In this document: in pieces, positions 1 to 12,230 of the stretch | How the letters are laid out: each line of letters starts with the position of its first letter | Numbering within the stretch: position 1 is the stretch's first letter | Source of the DNA: Lingula anatina | Taxonomy: Eukaryota; Animalia; Brachiopoda | Length of the DNA stretch: 64,000 nt | Direction of reading: 5' to 3' | NCBI GenBank assembly: GCA_051362555.1 | Contig: CM120640.1 | Location: forward strand, 43,626,788 to 43,690,787 | The notes under the pieces: generated by a model | What the model saw: the letters and a program-made list of their open reading frames with translations, nothing else | What the model was told of the DNA's origin: nothing | Database searches by the model: none | Made by a program: the position numbers and the translations under genes

Positions 1-327
1 GCTTACTGATCAATATAGTTGTTAACATAAACTTAACTCTACAGAGGTTGGAAACAACATGCAAGGTAAATCAGTTTAAAAGAATTCTCGCTAACGTTTG
101 AGGACTTTATATAGTTTACTCAACATAAAGTCAAGAAACTGATTAAATCAAGCAGGAGATCTAGTAAGTTTTGAACCCGAGGATGATCTGAACAAAAACC
201 CAAAAGGTAAAGGTAATTTTTTGTCACTGTGCATGAAAACAAGCCCATTTCTCTTGTTAGCATGTTTAGCAAATGATATATACCTTATTATGGAAACCCA
301 TGACTAATAAACTGCAGCAAAGCTCAC

Positions 328-1458
328 CTCTGTTCTCATCTGTAATCTCTTATTAAGTTCATAGATTCTGTACTCTGGCTGGCCCATGTACGGTGTGTGC
401 CTCCTAGAAAACAGAAAAGTTGCAATTTCAAATGAGAAATTATACCACCATGTACAAACCTGTAACAGGCATCACTTCTTCACATAAATCTCCAAATTTC
501 CAGGTAACCATTGGTTTCAATATCCATTCAATATCTTCAGCTTTATATTAGTTGAATTTGTTGTTCAAGCCTGAATGAAACTGCATTTCATTTTTATCTT
601 TTTTTCTACTTCTGCGTATATACCAAACCCACTCTTGTTTCACGTTACACCATGATCTTGTACAAAAAGAAGGCTACCCTGTCCTCCTTTTCTTGTTTTA
701 CAAATACAAACAGCAGTGCCATCTTGCAGAAATAGGCAGTTGTAAGAGCTCAAAGAAAACACCGAAAGGTTTCTGACAAGGTGCTGGGGGCCCTCAACAG
801 GAAGATTGCCCTTTATGGTTAAGGACCTGAAAAGTTGCTTTAAATGTCATACCAAGAATTGAGGGCCTACAACAGCCTAATGTTCAATAAGCTGACACCA
901 AGTAACATTTGAATGAAAACAGAGCAAACACACTTTTGACCGGGTGGCAGATTAGACATGGTAACTGAAAACCTTGAAATTTCAACTGGTTCAAGAGAAT
1001 TTAAGATGAAATCATCAAAAAATATCAAATGGAAGATGGGTATTTTAAAAATATTTGAAAATGCAACAATAATATTCAGCACTTTACGCCAGCCTTATAA
1101 ATCAAGTTAGGATAAGGAAAATTACCTTTTATGTTTTAAGTACAAATATAGAAATATATACTAGTAATAAAGTAGGCAACTTCTTAAACATGTGCTTCCT
1201 TTTAAACAGAATCATAAGTAATGTATCTTAATTAAACAGCTGAGTTCAGCAAAAACTATGTCTGTGTTGAACTCAGCTGTTATTTAGTATGTTTTTTTTT
1301 TTGCTTTAGACAAATAGAAAATTTTTAATATCTTTATCACTCTACATACCCACTAAATAATTTTTAGATGTTGGCAAAAAAAAATGCATGTTTGTTTGAG
1401 TCTGCAATAATATAATAAAACACTGACACACCTTCAGGTCTGCATTCACTTAATTATG

Positions 1459-1498
<40 letters not shown>

Positions 1499-4400
1499 CT
1501 CTGAACGGCTGTGACAGGGCTTCAGACATTCAGCTTTCCTAAATTTAAGAAGGCATCCAGCATCATAGATTTACCTGTAATATGCAGATATTGGGGACGA
1601 ATAGAAAGGGTCAGAATTCATAGCATGGTGGTTCATCATATTATTAGGAACATTGTTCATAATGTTATTGGGAACACTGTTCATCAGCATGCTGCCTCCA
1701 CTCCCAAGGAATGTAGACTGAGGAGGAGGGTGAGGTGGGGGAGGATTAGGCTCCTTGTACATATCTGTCCTATACAGAGGTCCGTTCAATGGTGGCCCAT
1801 TCATGTTATATGCCATTACTAGAAATTTTGTGAAATATCTTCAATACACAGCATCTCGCATCTTAGCTGCAGTATTCCTTGTCCCCAGACAGAATCTCAA
1901 TTCCAGACACATACAAATAAATATAAAAATGACCCAGTTCCTGAAATCCTCAGCAGACGCACACTGTCACCTTTCTTAGTACTGACTGCACTGAAGGCTT
2001 TCAGGTGGTATGCAGTACCTGCATGGGAATTGCAACACAAACTAGTAAAGCACTAGATACACTGATGTCAATAATGTATGGCCAGAGGTGTCCATGGGTT
2101 GTGGTTAACCTGTCCCTTTTCAGAACTGGTATAACTATTTGGTAGCACACTCGATGTCTGTTGTATCATACTTATACCACTGCCTATAGTCAGTCACTAA
2201 GCTGTCCCCCTCCTTACACACTATCCTCTTGAATATGGGAATCAACATGTGTAGCTTGACTAGCAGTAGCTCTGGTGGCCAGCAGCAATGTGAATCAGTA
2301 TCAGTCATCATTTCCAGAAGGCAAAATTAGCATACAGTCTGCCATTATGCAGGACCTACATTGCAGATATTTTAACCTGCCTGCTGAATATTTCAATGTC
2401 CCAGATTTCAGCTTGCCAGTTTTCAACCTAGACTCCCAGACTCTAGTAAACTGCACAGCTCTCTCATTATGTTGGCTACAGTACGGCACTGGCTGTGGAA
2501 AGACAAACTATCTATAATTCTATTGATTACAGAATAAAGGTCTAACCAGTGACTTGGACAGTAAAATCAGGTATATGACAAAAGATCAAATTCTCTGTAG
2601 ACTGTTTTCAGCAGAACCACATAAATCAAATTATACAAATCCAATAAGAGAAACTTTCCGTCCTTGAAAAAAGGTTCAGTCGACATTTCAGAGGAATTAC
2701 CTTAACCTGGCCTGTATGCATGTGCACTAGTAGATGCAGCACCTATTTTTAGATTGCAATATGATCCATCAAGTGAAATGACATAAATTATTCAATATGG
2801 GACCAGAGGGAACGTTCCAATGAACACATATTTGTTTAAAACCACAGTTTGGTAGTTCACTGTCTCTGCAACCAACCAGACTTGTATTTGGTAGTTATTT
2901 GTGGTGAAGTTAACCAATATTGACAACTGTAGCTAATGCAAGCCACATTCCTGTACCCACAAACATGTTCTAGCATATTATTTAAGCTCCATGAAAGTTT
3001 CCCTCTTAAGAAAATAACTTAAAAAGAAAAAAAAAAGCAAAACATTGTTCACATCACCTTTGATCCATTTTGTACATTGAGATAGTTAATTATTTTTAAA
3101 TTAAGTCTTCATGAACTAAAAGGTTCACAATGGCACATCTGAGTTAAATATGAATGCTCAGCAGTTCGTTCAAGTTTCTTATATCAGATGCCTGATGTTG
3201 TTTTTCAAGATGTCAAAAATTTGCACATCAGAATAGTATTTGAAGAGTGAAATGCTTGTCACTGAACGTTTAAGGGGAACATGAACTGCAAAAAAGGTGT
3301 CATATTGTTGGTAGTCATTTTTATTTGGTCATTTCTACCGATGCATGTTTGCCACTGAATTTGAAATAATCTTATTTATTTGGATTTTTTTAAAGATGTG
3401 AAAGTGGTATTCTTGTTACAATTTCCACAGCTATAAAATTCCATGTTTGCTTCTAAAAGGTAATAAAAAAGAAGATTCCACTGATTTATTCTTTAATGTA
3501 CGTATCAATTAATCTATCCAGTTTCACTAAACTTTTTAAAAATCAATCCTGTCCCTCATAATTCAAGGACCTGATTTCCAAGAAATAAAATGCACCTGCA
3601 GAAAGTTAATCAAATAAAAAATCTGAGTGAGAAATAAGACACCCATAATATTAAGATGGTTGCATACAGCAGCATAATGTTATACCTTGTCGTAAAAAGA
3701 CATGGTGCATGTCAGTCTAGTTATAATATGAATTCCAGCTTTTTTAAGCATACTATTAAGTAACTGCATCTGGTGAATTATACAGGACCTAGAACTTTGA
3801 CAGAAAATAGGAAGGGCAGACCTTCACCAAGGAAAAAAGAAAGGCAAATTGTTTAAAAAATATTAGGTGACCCAAGATTCAGCTGGAATTTTCCTTTTTG
3901 AACAACTGGCTAACATTAAATATTGCAAATAAATATTATTATTATTATTATCAATGAAAATTACATTGGAATTATCGCGAGATATCTTTTCCACTAACAG
4001 GAACACAGTCCAACCTAGGGCAAACCAAGGACATAGAAAACATAACTTCCTTCACTGGAAAAGGAAACACCAGGGAATGAGTAATGAACATATCCCATTA
4101 CATGATCTTCTTCTAAGTGCTTAAGTACTGATATTATGTTTAAATCCAGAAATGCTGAAAATAAAATAAGAATAAAGATGATAATAATAATGAAGTAAAT
4201 ATATTTAAATATACATATTATGTATGATTGCATTAACAATGCATATGGAGGATTGAAAAACAATCAGTGAAAAGATGTAAAATAACCATTAGCCCTGCTC
4301 ACATTCAAATCTTATTGACAGTTAAGATGATGATGTCACCATTTCACATTCTATTTCAAAAATAAATACATGATCTTCTATTGGTAGAAACAACATAAAA

Positions 4401-7400
4401 CTTTCAAAATTATCTGTGTACAATACCAATTAATCCTTCAAGGCTTGGATGTAGAAATCAGAATGTATTTGAATAAACTAGCTCCATGTGAAAATAATTA
4501 ATATCAGTGCAAAAAATTTCAAATTTTAGGAGACATAAAAACTCACATTTACATACAGAACACCTTTTCTAGTCCTTTTTTATTACACATTCTATAAAAT
4601 AACTATAACTTGATTTCAATTGTACACAATTATATACGAGTTACTCATTGTACAATTAAAAAAATTAAAAGGAATTATTTTCATCAACAATCAAGCTTTC
4701 TTATCTTGTAAGTCTACCATCTGAAGAAATACAATTCTCTTACCTAAAGCGCTCAATATTATAATCGAGTTCGACTGTCATCCGATCCTCAGACGTCATT
4801 GAGACAGGCATACAGGTTTAGACTTCCAACTAAACAGTGCTTCTACTTATATACCTGTATTTCTAATTAACAACAGGAAACCTTCGTAGGTGTAGTTAAA
4901 ACATTACCCTACCAATTCGTAATTGTAACAAGAAAAAACACAATCAAACAAAAAATCCTTCTAAGGCAATAAAAGTCCAGTCTTGGTCACAGACATTCTA
5001 TTCTTATGGACTGCAAATGTTCATACTACTTTGAAAAATATAAACTTTGAAATGGCACTCAAAGATGATAACACAGCCTTCTGCATTACCTGAGAAATCT
5101 TTATTTCCTTTTGTATTCAACTTGTTCAAACAAAGAGCAAATCTCAAATATAAGGGGAGAAGCTGCTTTACAATCTTGCAAGAGCAAAGTAATACAGATC
5201 TGCAAACATGTTAAACAGTCAATAGTGAGGAAGATGGGGAGACCAGAATCAGTAATTTTTAATTGTTAAAAGTTGCCTACAATTTGGGCAAAATTCACCC
5301 AGTTCTTAATGCCTATTCCCCTTTAAGTGTAACAAAAGTAACTGACATTATTACCCTCCATCAAACCAACCACAGATCAGACATGGTGGAGATATTGATT
5401 AAATCTAGGTTGCTATGACAACTACTTGACCAAGCTATTGAAACAATAAACCAACAGATGGCTTTGCAAGTATCTAGAAAAGCTTTTGTAATATAAAGCC
5501 TACATGGATATCACATTGAAAGTTTAGGTATATTTTCATCTTGGATGTCACCCATTCTAAATTAAATAAATCTGCAATTCTGCACATTTACCAATACATA
5601 TGAGTACATATGTATATATGCTAGTAATCAAGTAATTGTACTGTCTATTTACACAGAGTCAAAGCATATATAGAACTGTTTATTTATGCCATGTTTCACA
5701 TTCATCATCACTAAAATGAAATCTTACAGTATTTCATGCTCAAACTGTCTTTTCTCTTTAAAAAAATTATTTTACATGCTGCAATGCAGTGAACAGAATA
5801 CGCAAAGAACACCCAAAGGCTCTTAATTTTAGGTCAACATTCCATCAGTGGAATGCCAACTTGTGTGTAACTGTTCAAGAATACTCCAAATGACATGTCT
5901 TTGTTTTCAATGTTTTTTAAAATTATACTCAAATACTATCTGTTGGCTTTCAAAATCCTGGGAGTTAGAGACATACCATGGCCCATAGGAGCCTAGACAT
6001 GCATCTTTTAGACGCCCCTTAACATACGAAAACAACATGCACCGTGTCTATTTCGTATGTTATCAAGCCCTATAGCAGCGGAACTGATGTGGCCTATGCC
6101 GTATCCGTCTTTTACTACAGAGCTTCGAGACCCAAAAATGATATGACTGAGTCTGTTTCACCACATACTGAACTGCATAGATGCGAGATTCACACAACCC
6201 ATGTCGCAGTTGTCTCTTTGAGCTTGAAATGGCTATATTATAAAATTTGAAATACACATGGTCATGTCTTGTTCATCATTCACTGAGACCCATAGATGCG
6301 AAATTGACCAGACCCACGCTGCATTTGTCTTATATTGTGCACCTTGTAAAACACGTAACTGACCTAAAGTCATGCTTATTTTGCTGGCTCCCTTAAATGC
6401 AAGATTGAATTTTATAACATAGCCATTTGAAGCTCAAAGATCCACAGTAAGAGACGAACGCGACATGGGTCGTGTCAATCTCGCATCTATGGAGTTCAGT
6501 AAGTGGCGAAACAGACTCAGTCATGTCATTTTTGGGGCTCAAAGCTCTGTAGAAAAAGACGAATGTGGTATGGGCCTTGTTAATTCCGCTGCTATAGGGC
6601 TTAATAACATACGAAATAGACACGGATTATGTCGTTTTCGCATGTAAAGGGGAGTCTAAAAGACGCACGCGTAGGCTCCTATGGGCCATGATATTTCACT
6701 TTCATCAAGGTTCAAGCACCTACAATACTCTAACCACCGGATTATGATAATCTGTCTTCAGACAGAGACCTACATTCATATACACTGCATAGTTCTCATG
6801 TCCACACACATTTTGTTAATGAATGAAGAATGTGTCATCTTGTCATCAACCAAATTTTAGCATTCAATGAAAACATAGTGTCTCTCCCAAAATAATGGAG
6901 TTTGTGACATGAGAGCATCAACATGCAGTACTATCATTTTGTGAAACCAGACCATGCTGTATAAAGTACAAAAAAGTTGAGCTCACTCCAGAATATAACA
7001 TCTTCTATTACAGTCTACAATAATGAATAAATTGATTGTACACCTGTAATTATGCTGAAAGTATTTGGCCTTATTTGGGGTACAGAAGTCCAAAATGTGA
7101 ATCCGTAATTTGGTCATCGTTTTATAGCGAGTCCAACCCAAGCTGGCCCAACCAACAAACCATCAATTCCCCAAAAAATTGTAAGCCATCCAGCTGTCTT
7201 TGAAAATATAAGCTGTCTTTTGAGGCTAGTGGCAGTCCAAATGCAGGCTCTCAGAGAAAAGCTTTGCTTATCAGAGAGCATCCTGAATCTTAAGGGATAT
7301 TGAGTTACGGTTATGGAGATCTTGAAGAAAGGATATAACCCAAATATGAGATATCATAATGAAATATAATTATGGATGACACACACACACACACACACAC

Positions 7401-7547
7401 ACACGCGCACATACACACACACACACATACACGCACATACACACACTCACACCCTGCATGATTATGCATGCACTCCAGTACATAACCAAGAAGCTGGAAA
7501 ACTTCAGTTTTAATTCATATTTACAGGTTATGTGCCTCCCCCCAACA

Positions 7548-7585
<38 letters not shown>

Positions 7586-8122
7586 TTTTTTTTTCTTTTT
7601 TTGCATTTCTTTCTAGTCACACAAGTGTGATCATCAACTGGCTAATATTTACTATGATACAAAATACAGAGACAATATTATAGATGGGTAACACGCGATG
7701 CATTTTTCCAAAATGTCATTGCTTTTTCCTCACTTATACAGGGATGATTGTCAATTTTACTCAATTTTTGGGCAAATACTAAATCAAGATACCAGTCCAG
7801 CAAAATGTTCACACCTTGTCTGGTTTTATTTTTATACCATCTCCTGTCATTGATTACTGACCATTCTCAAGTATTTATGTCTGTTCAGGAGATCCAATAT
7901 TATTATTAAAAAAAAAAAAAAAAACAATCAGGGACACATTTATTCTGTAAGTGGACCATATTCAAACACAATCTGTGCACTTACACAAGGCCAGGGTTCC
8001 CATGGTCCATGGGCGGTGGGCCTGGCATGACTTGTGAGGGCATCCTGGGCCCAGGGAAGTAGTTGTCCAGTCTGATGATTGCAGGTGTGGTGGACTGCAG
8101 CAGGGAAGGAAGCAGCAAGGAT
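328..8122 (-). CDS. LDB: LIM domain-binding protein (Ldb/Chip family), 5' portion; gene continues left of the window
   Basis: Exon 403-328 (ttctag/GTGAG) reads RHTPYMGQPEYRIYELNKRLQMRTE, matching the start of the LDB1/2/Chip dimerisation domain. Upstream phase-2 coding exons that splice in frame: 1818-1575 (MAYNMNG...SAYYR) and 8122-7985 (...MPSQVMPGPPPMDHGNPGLV). Confidence 0.9.
1459..1494. repeat. (CA)n microsatellite
   Basis: Direct reading of the sequence. Confidence 0.95.
5977..6690. mobile_element. Foldback/MITE-like element with long (~270 bp) diverged terminal inverted repeats
   Basis: CATGGCCCATAGGAGCCTA... at 5977 is mirrored by ...TAGGCTCCTATGGGCCATG at 6690. The similar ORFs 6044+ and 6623- reflect this inversion. 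No clear TSD. Confidence 0.8.
7378..7582. repeat. Compound (CA)n microsatellites
   Basis: Direct reading of the sequence. Confidence 0.9.
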
Positions 8123-9249
8123 CTAAAATTCAAAGGAGAAAAAATTATTTTTTTTCTTTCTTAAGAAAGTTTGACTGAATTCCCTGAGCTCTCTTCAGTG
8201 GGTAAAAGAGCACCATTTTCAATGAAAGCGAAGTATTGCACAGAAGAAAGAGAAAGTTGCTGAAAATTATTGTATACTGTTATCATCATGAAAAAGAAAA
8301 TTAAACCATTGGCAGAAAGGTCCTTTTAAATAGCAAATATAAGATTTTTGATTTTTTTTAATGCAAAGTGCTATAATATTTATAAGGAGAGACTGAGCAT
8401 ACCTTATGAATTTTATAGCATGTGCTGCCACCTTTAGCCAGCACCAGAATCCATGAGCATTAGAGCCATTACAACATCTCCATGTTAACTTAGTAAAGTA
8501 TCAGTTGTTTCATAAATAAATAATATATATACAAGTCATATGAAGAAAATGCTTTTTGAATGCTTTTCATTAAATGATTTACTGAAAAAGTCTGTTACAA
8601 ATCCAGAAAGTTGCATCAGCAGATCTGAATTATTTGTAATCTTATTTTCAGTAAAATGATTTTTATTTGAATTTACAATGAACTCACATGTACACATAAT
8701 GCATTCATTTCTGCTGACATTAAAACTTTACCCTACATACAAATCACTCCTGCCGCTCAATAAATATTCCATAATACTTTAAAGAAAACAACCATATAAT
8801 CATCTCTTTTTATGTCAAATTCAGAGACAGGGACATGTCTGTAATTAATAATTTAAAACATGATCACCTGGCACATGAATCATACTCTACAATTTAAGAT
8901 GCTGTTCATCTATTTTTGAGAATTTTATGTATTTATCGTTACAAATGTTTTTCAGATAAACAGCTTTGTCTGTACGGTAAATGTTTTAGGTTTACTAGTA
9001 CTTTAATGTGGTTAGTTAAATCTAAATTATCTCAAATCTTCATCAACAGGCAACTTTTTTTTTTTGGATAATAACTACAGTATGTGTAATGGAGCTGAGA
9101 GCAAAATACAAAGATCATCATCATGTTTTAAAAGGAATCCAGATGCTGTGCAAATGTTGATTAAATGTATATTTTAGTCCCATTCTAACTAATCAACTAC
9201 TAAAATGTAATATATTTTCTGATATGTACTATAAGAGCTAATGGATGAA

Positions 9250-9251
<2 letters not shown>

Positions 9252-9308
<57 letters not shown>
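9252..9308. repeat. (TA)n microsatellite
   Basis: Direct reading of the sequence. Confidence 0.95.
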
Positions 9309-9310
<2 letters not shown>

Positions 9311-11132
9311 GACAGCCAGCTAGCGACTCAGCTATGTGTCAAGGGCTTTCATATCTTTTGCTTACCTCTCACTTCTTCAAGTTGCAGTGAAGATATACAT
9401 TGCTAAAATACCACTGAGTTTTTCCAAAGCACTGCTATGGTGCTGTGAAATCAACCTTAGTTGAAGACTGCTGCCAAGGGCTTGAACAGCGGAAATGGTG
9501 CCCACCTTCATCTTTTATGCATTAGCACATATAGTACATACGATGAGTAAGAAACTAAGCACATACAGTACATTTCAGAAATGTAAAAAGGAGTGTTTAT
9601 GCATGAATTTTCATGTTAGCCTGACAAAAGAGGGAGGTTGAATAGTAGAATAGGCAGACTGAATCTATGCTTTGAAATTGCTAATACTCAGAATATGGAA
9701 GGATATCATGTCCAAGTTATCATATTGACAGTTTATACCTTCAGTTTTTCAATATGCAGAGCAAAACTTTTTTACTAGTAAGTGAACAGTTCTGGATACA
9801 ATATAAGACTCAGGCATAGTCTGAACGATGTGTTTTATTTAGCATCATATAGACTAATTCAACGTCCATATTCATTTTCTGTTGTTTGACTCTATTTATC
9901 GTAAAACTAATGAAGCCAGGGCCGAAGAATTAAGTTTGTTCTGCACACACGTTGAGAAAACCGACTGGGCCCAGGGAGAAAAACGACTGGGCCCAGGGAC
10001 AGGGCATCGTTGTATGACAGCAATCACTACAAATACATCTGCAAGCTACATATGAACCCCAGTATTTCACAGTACCTACCGATGCTCTGTCTCTGTTTAT
10101 TTTGGCAGATTCGAAGCTGAATGAGGGTTCATAGGGATTATTGTGCAATATTACTGTGATCGTTTAATGCTTTATTGACTTTGTAAGATTCGTGCATATA
10201 AAGTAATTAGTTCAGTATTTAACACTTACCTTAGATCAGAATTAGCCTATACAGATCTGTGTCTGAAATAGAATATACTTCAACAAAGACAAATTGACAT
10301 AGGAACTCTATTTGCCACCAAGAAGCCTTCGACGCATGATGGGATATACGGAGCTCATCTACTCTTATTACGAATGTTTCGAAAACAAATATCACGTTTT
10401 GATAAATAACTGGATCCAAGGTATTAATCAATTTCTGATATACACAAATTATTTATGGATAAATAGTAGTTACATTTGACAAATGATAAAATTAAAGAGA
10501 TTTTCAGCATTTACTTATTGGAAACTAATCCCCTCCACAAATTCACACTGGCGCGAAATCGCAAGTGATGGACGTGTTTATTGTAGTGGTCAACGTGTTT
10601 TTATCAGCATTTAATTGTTTTATCCATATCAAGTGGCTGTCTTGTCCTGTAATATGAGAAGATTAAAAGTTCTGCATTAAAAGGAGAGTTTGTAAGAGCC
10701 TCAGAGCTTGTGTGTTCCATACATTTTCAGTTGCACATCATTCGTACGCGTTCAAGAGTAGCCATCCTTGGTAGAAAATATTTAATATGCAGTTACTAGT
10801 GTAAGTTTTAGTGTTAGAATGATACATGCCTCTCTTTTGTAATTCTTTTTCGTAAGAAGAATTTCGTTGGTCTTAACTGAGATCCGGTTGCGCGCGCAGG
10901 TCACTTTAGGTTGCACGCTAGTTGAAGCAAGGAGTCTTGGTGCAATACTCCTTGGTTGAAGGGCGAATTTGTCTAGTGGCGCTGATCTTTTTCACCGAAA
11001 CGTGGTTTTGGGTGATTTTTATTGTGCACGTGGTGCATGCTATATCGTTATAGACAGTGGTCTTGCCGTTTGCAACGGTATTTGGCGCAATTTCAGTCAG
11101 GTTTCGTCGTCTGCTTCTGAACACGTGGTGTC

Positions 11133-12230
11133 ATGGCGGACGAAACTACATGTAGTACCATTACTAAAAATGGACCTGAACACGTGAGTGATGGCAGGAA
11201 GGGTAAAGGGAAGTCGGCTTCCAAAAACCCTAAGTCTGTGGAGAAATCCTCGTCAGAGGATAATATTATGTCATTACTTGTATCTTTAAAAGCCTCTGTG
11301 GACGCTCAGGACGGCAGGTTAGAGAACATCGTCAGCCGTATTGATAACATGGAGGCGCAATATTCTCAGTATGACGACGAAGTTTACGTCGATAATGAAT
11401 GTGTTGAGCCGGAGGAGGCAGGCACAACGGGTGAAAAAAGGAAGTTGGACTCGTATCTTCCCGACACGGAAGACAACCTGTTTAAGCACATGGCCAAGAA
11501 GTTTAACATGTCGGAGGAAATGGCCGACAACGTGGATGATGTGCTGGCCAAAACTGTGAACGATCTTTTTATGAATGGCCTGGACGAACAACATTTAAAC
11601 GAGTTGATTAAACAGAACCACAGGCCAGGTAACTGTGATTACCTGCAAGTCGTGAAAACCAACCAGTTGATATGGGACCAGGTCCCAGGTTGGACCAAAG
11701 CAAACGATAGGAAAATGCAAAACATAGCACATACTTTGGTTAAAGGTGCAAACATTTTAGTTAAAACTGTAAACCAGATGGCCTTATACGAAAGGAATCC
11801 AGAAAAGGACACGAGTGATCATATTGGCAGCATGATCGAAAACTGCAACGATGTCCTAGCACTCATGGGACATATGAACAGGCAGATAAATATGACAAGG
11901 AAAGATTTTTTGAAACCGCAATTGAGCGGAGAATATGCTCACCTCTGCAGTCATGAGCTGACTTACAGCCAAAAATTTTTATTTGGAGACGATCTTCCCA
12001 AAATGGCAAGGGATATAGAGGATTGCTCAAAAATCAAACATAAATTGTTTGACAGATCTCTCAGAGGACGTAGAGGACGTGGTGTCAGAGGCCGTGGATC
12101 TGTGTACAGAGGTGTTAATCGACCTACTGGAGGGGGAAGACCCAGAGTGTGGCAGGATGATCCTGGAGCAGGGCCTTCTTTTGCAAAAAACTATGTACGC
12201 AGGGGACAGAGGAATCTGCCCAAGCAATAA
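11133..12230 (+). CDS. DIRS ORF1 (gag-like)
   Basis: 365-aa ORF with a coiled-coil-like N-terminus, an RPxNC motif, the LFGDDL motif and a basic RG-rich C-terminus, all typical of DIRS gag. Confidence 0.9.
   Translation: MADETTCSTITKNGPEHVSDGRKGKGKSASKNPKSVEKSSSEDNIMSLLVSLKASVDAQDGRLENIVSRIDNMEAQYSQYDDEVYVDNECVEPEEAGTTGEKRKLDSYLPDTEDNLFKHMAKKFNMSEEMADNVDDVLAKTVNDLFMNGLDEQHLNELIKQNHRPGNCDYLQVVKTNQLIWDQVPGWTKANDRKMQNIAHTLVKGANILVKTVNQMALYERNPEKDTSDHIGSMIENCNDVLALMGHMNRQINMTRKDFLKPQLSGEYAHLCSHELTYSQKFLFGDDLPKMARDIEDCSKIKHKLFDRSLRGRRGRGVRGRGSVYRGVNRPTGGGRPRVWQDDPGAGPSFAKNYVRRGQRNLPKQ

Noticed and set aside
6044-6647. Two similar ORFs (MSISYVIKPYSSG...) on opposite strands
   Set aside because: By-product of the inverted repeat arms; non-ATG starts.
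10889-11190. MRE-like TGCRCNC motifs and three CACGTG E-boxes in the DIRS 5' region
   Set aside because: Short motifs in a CpG-rich leader; function cannot be supported from sequence alone.
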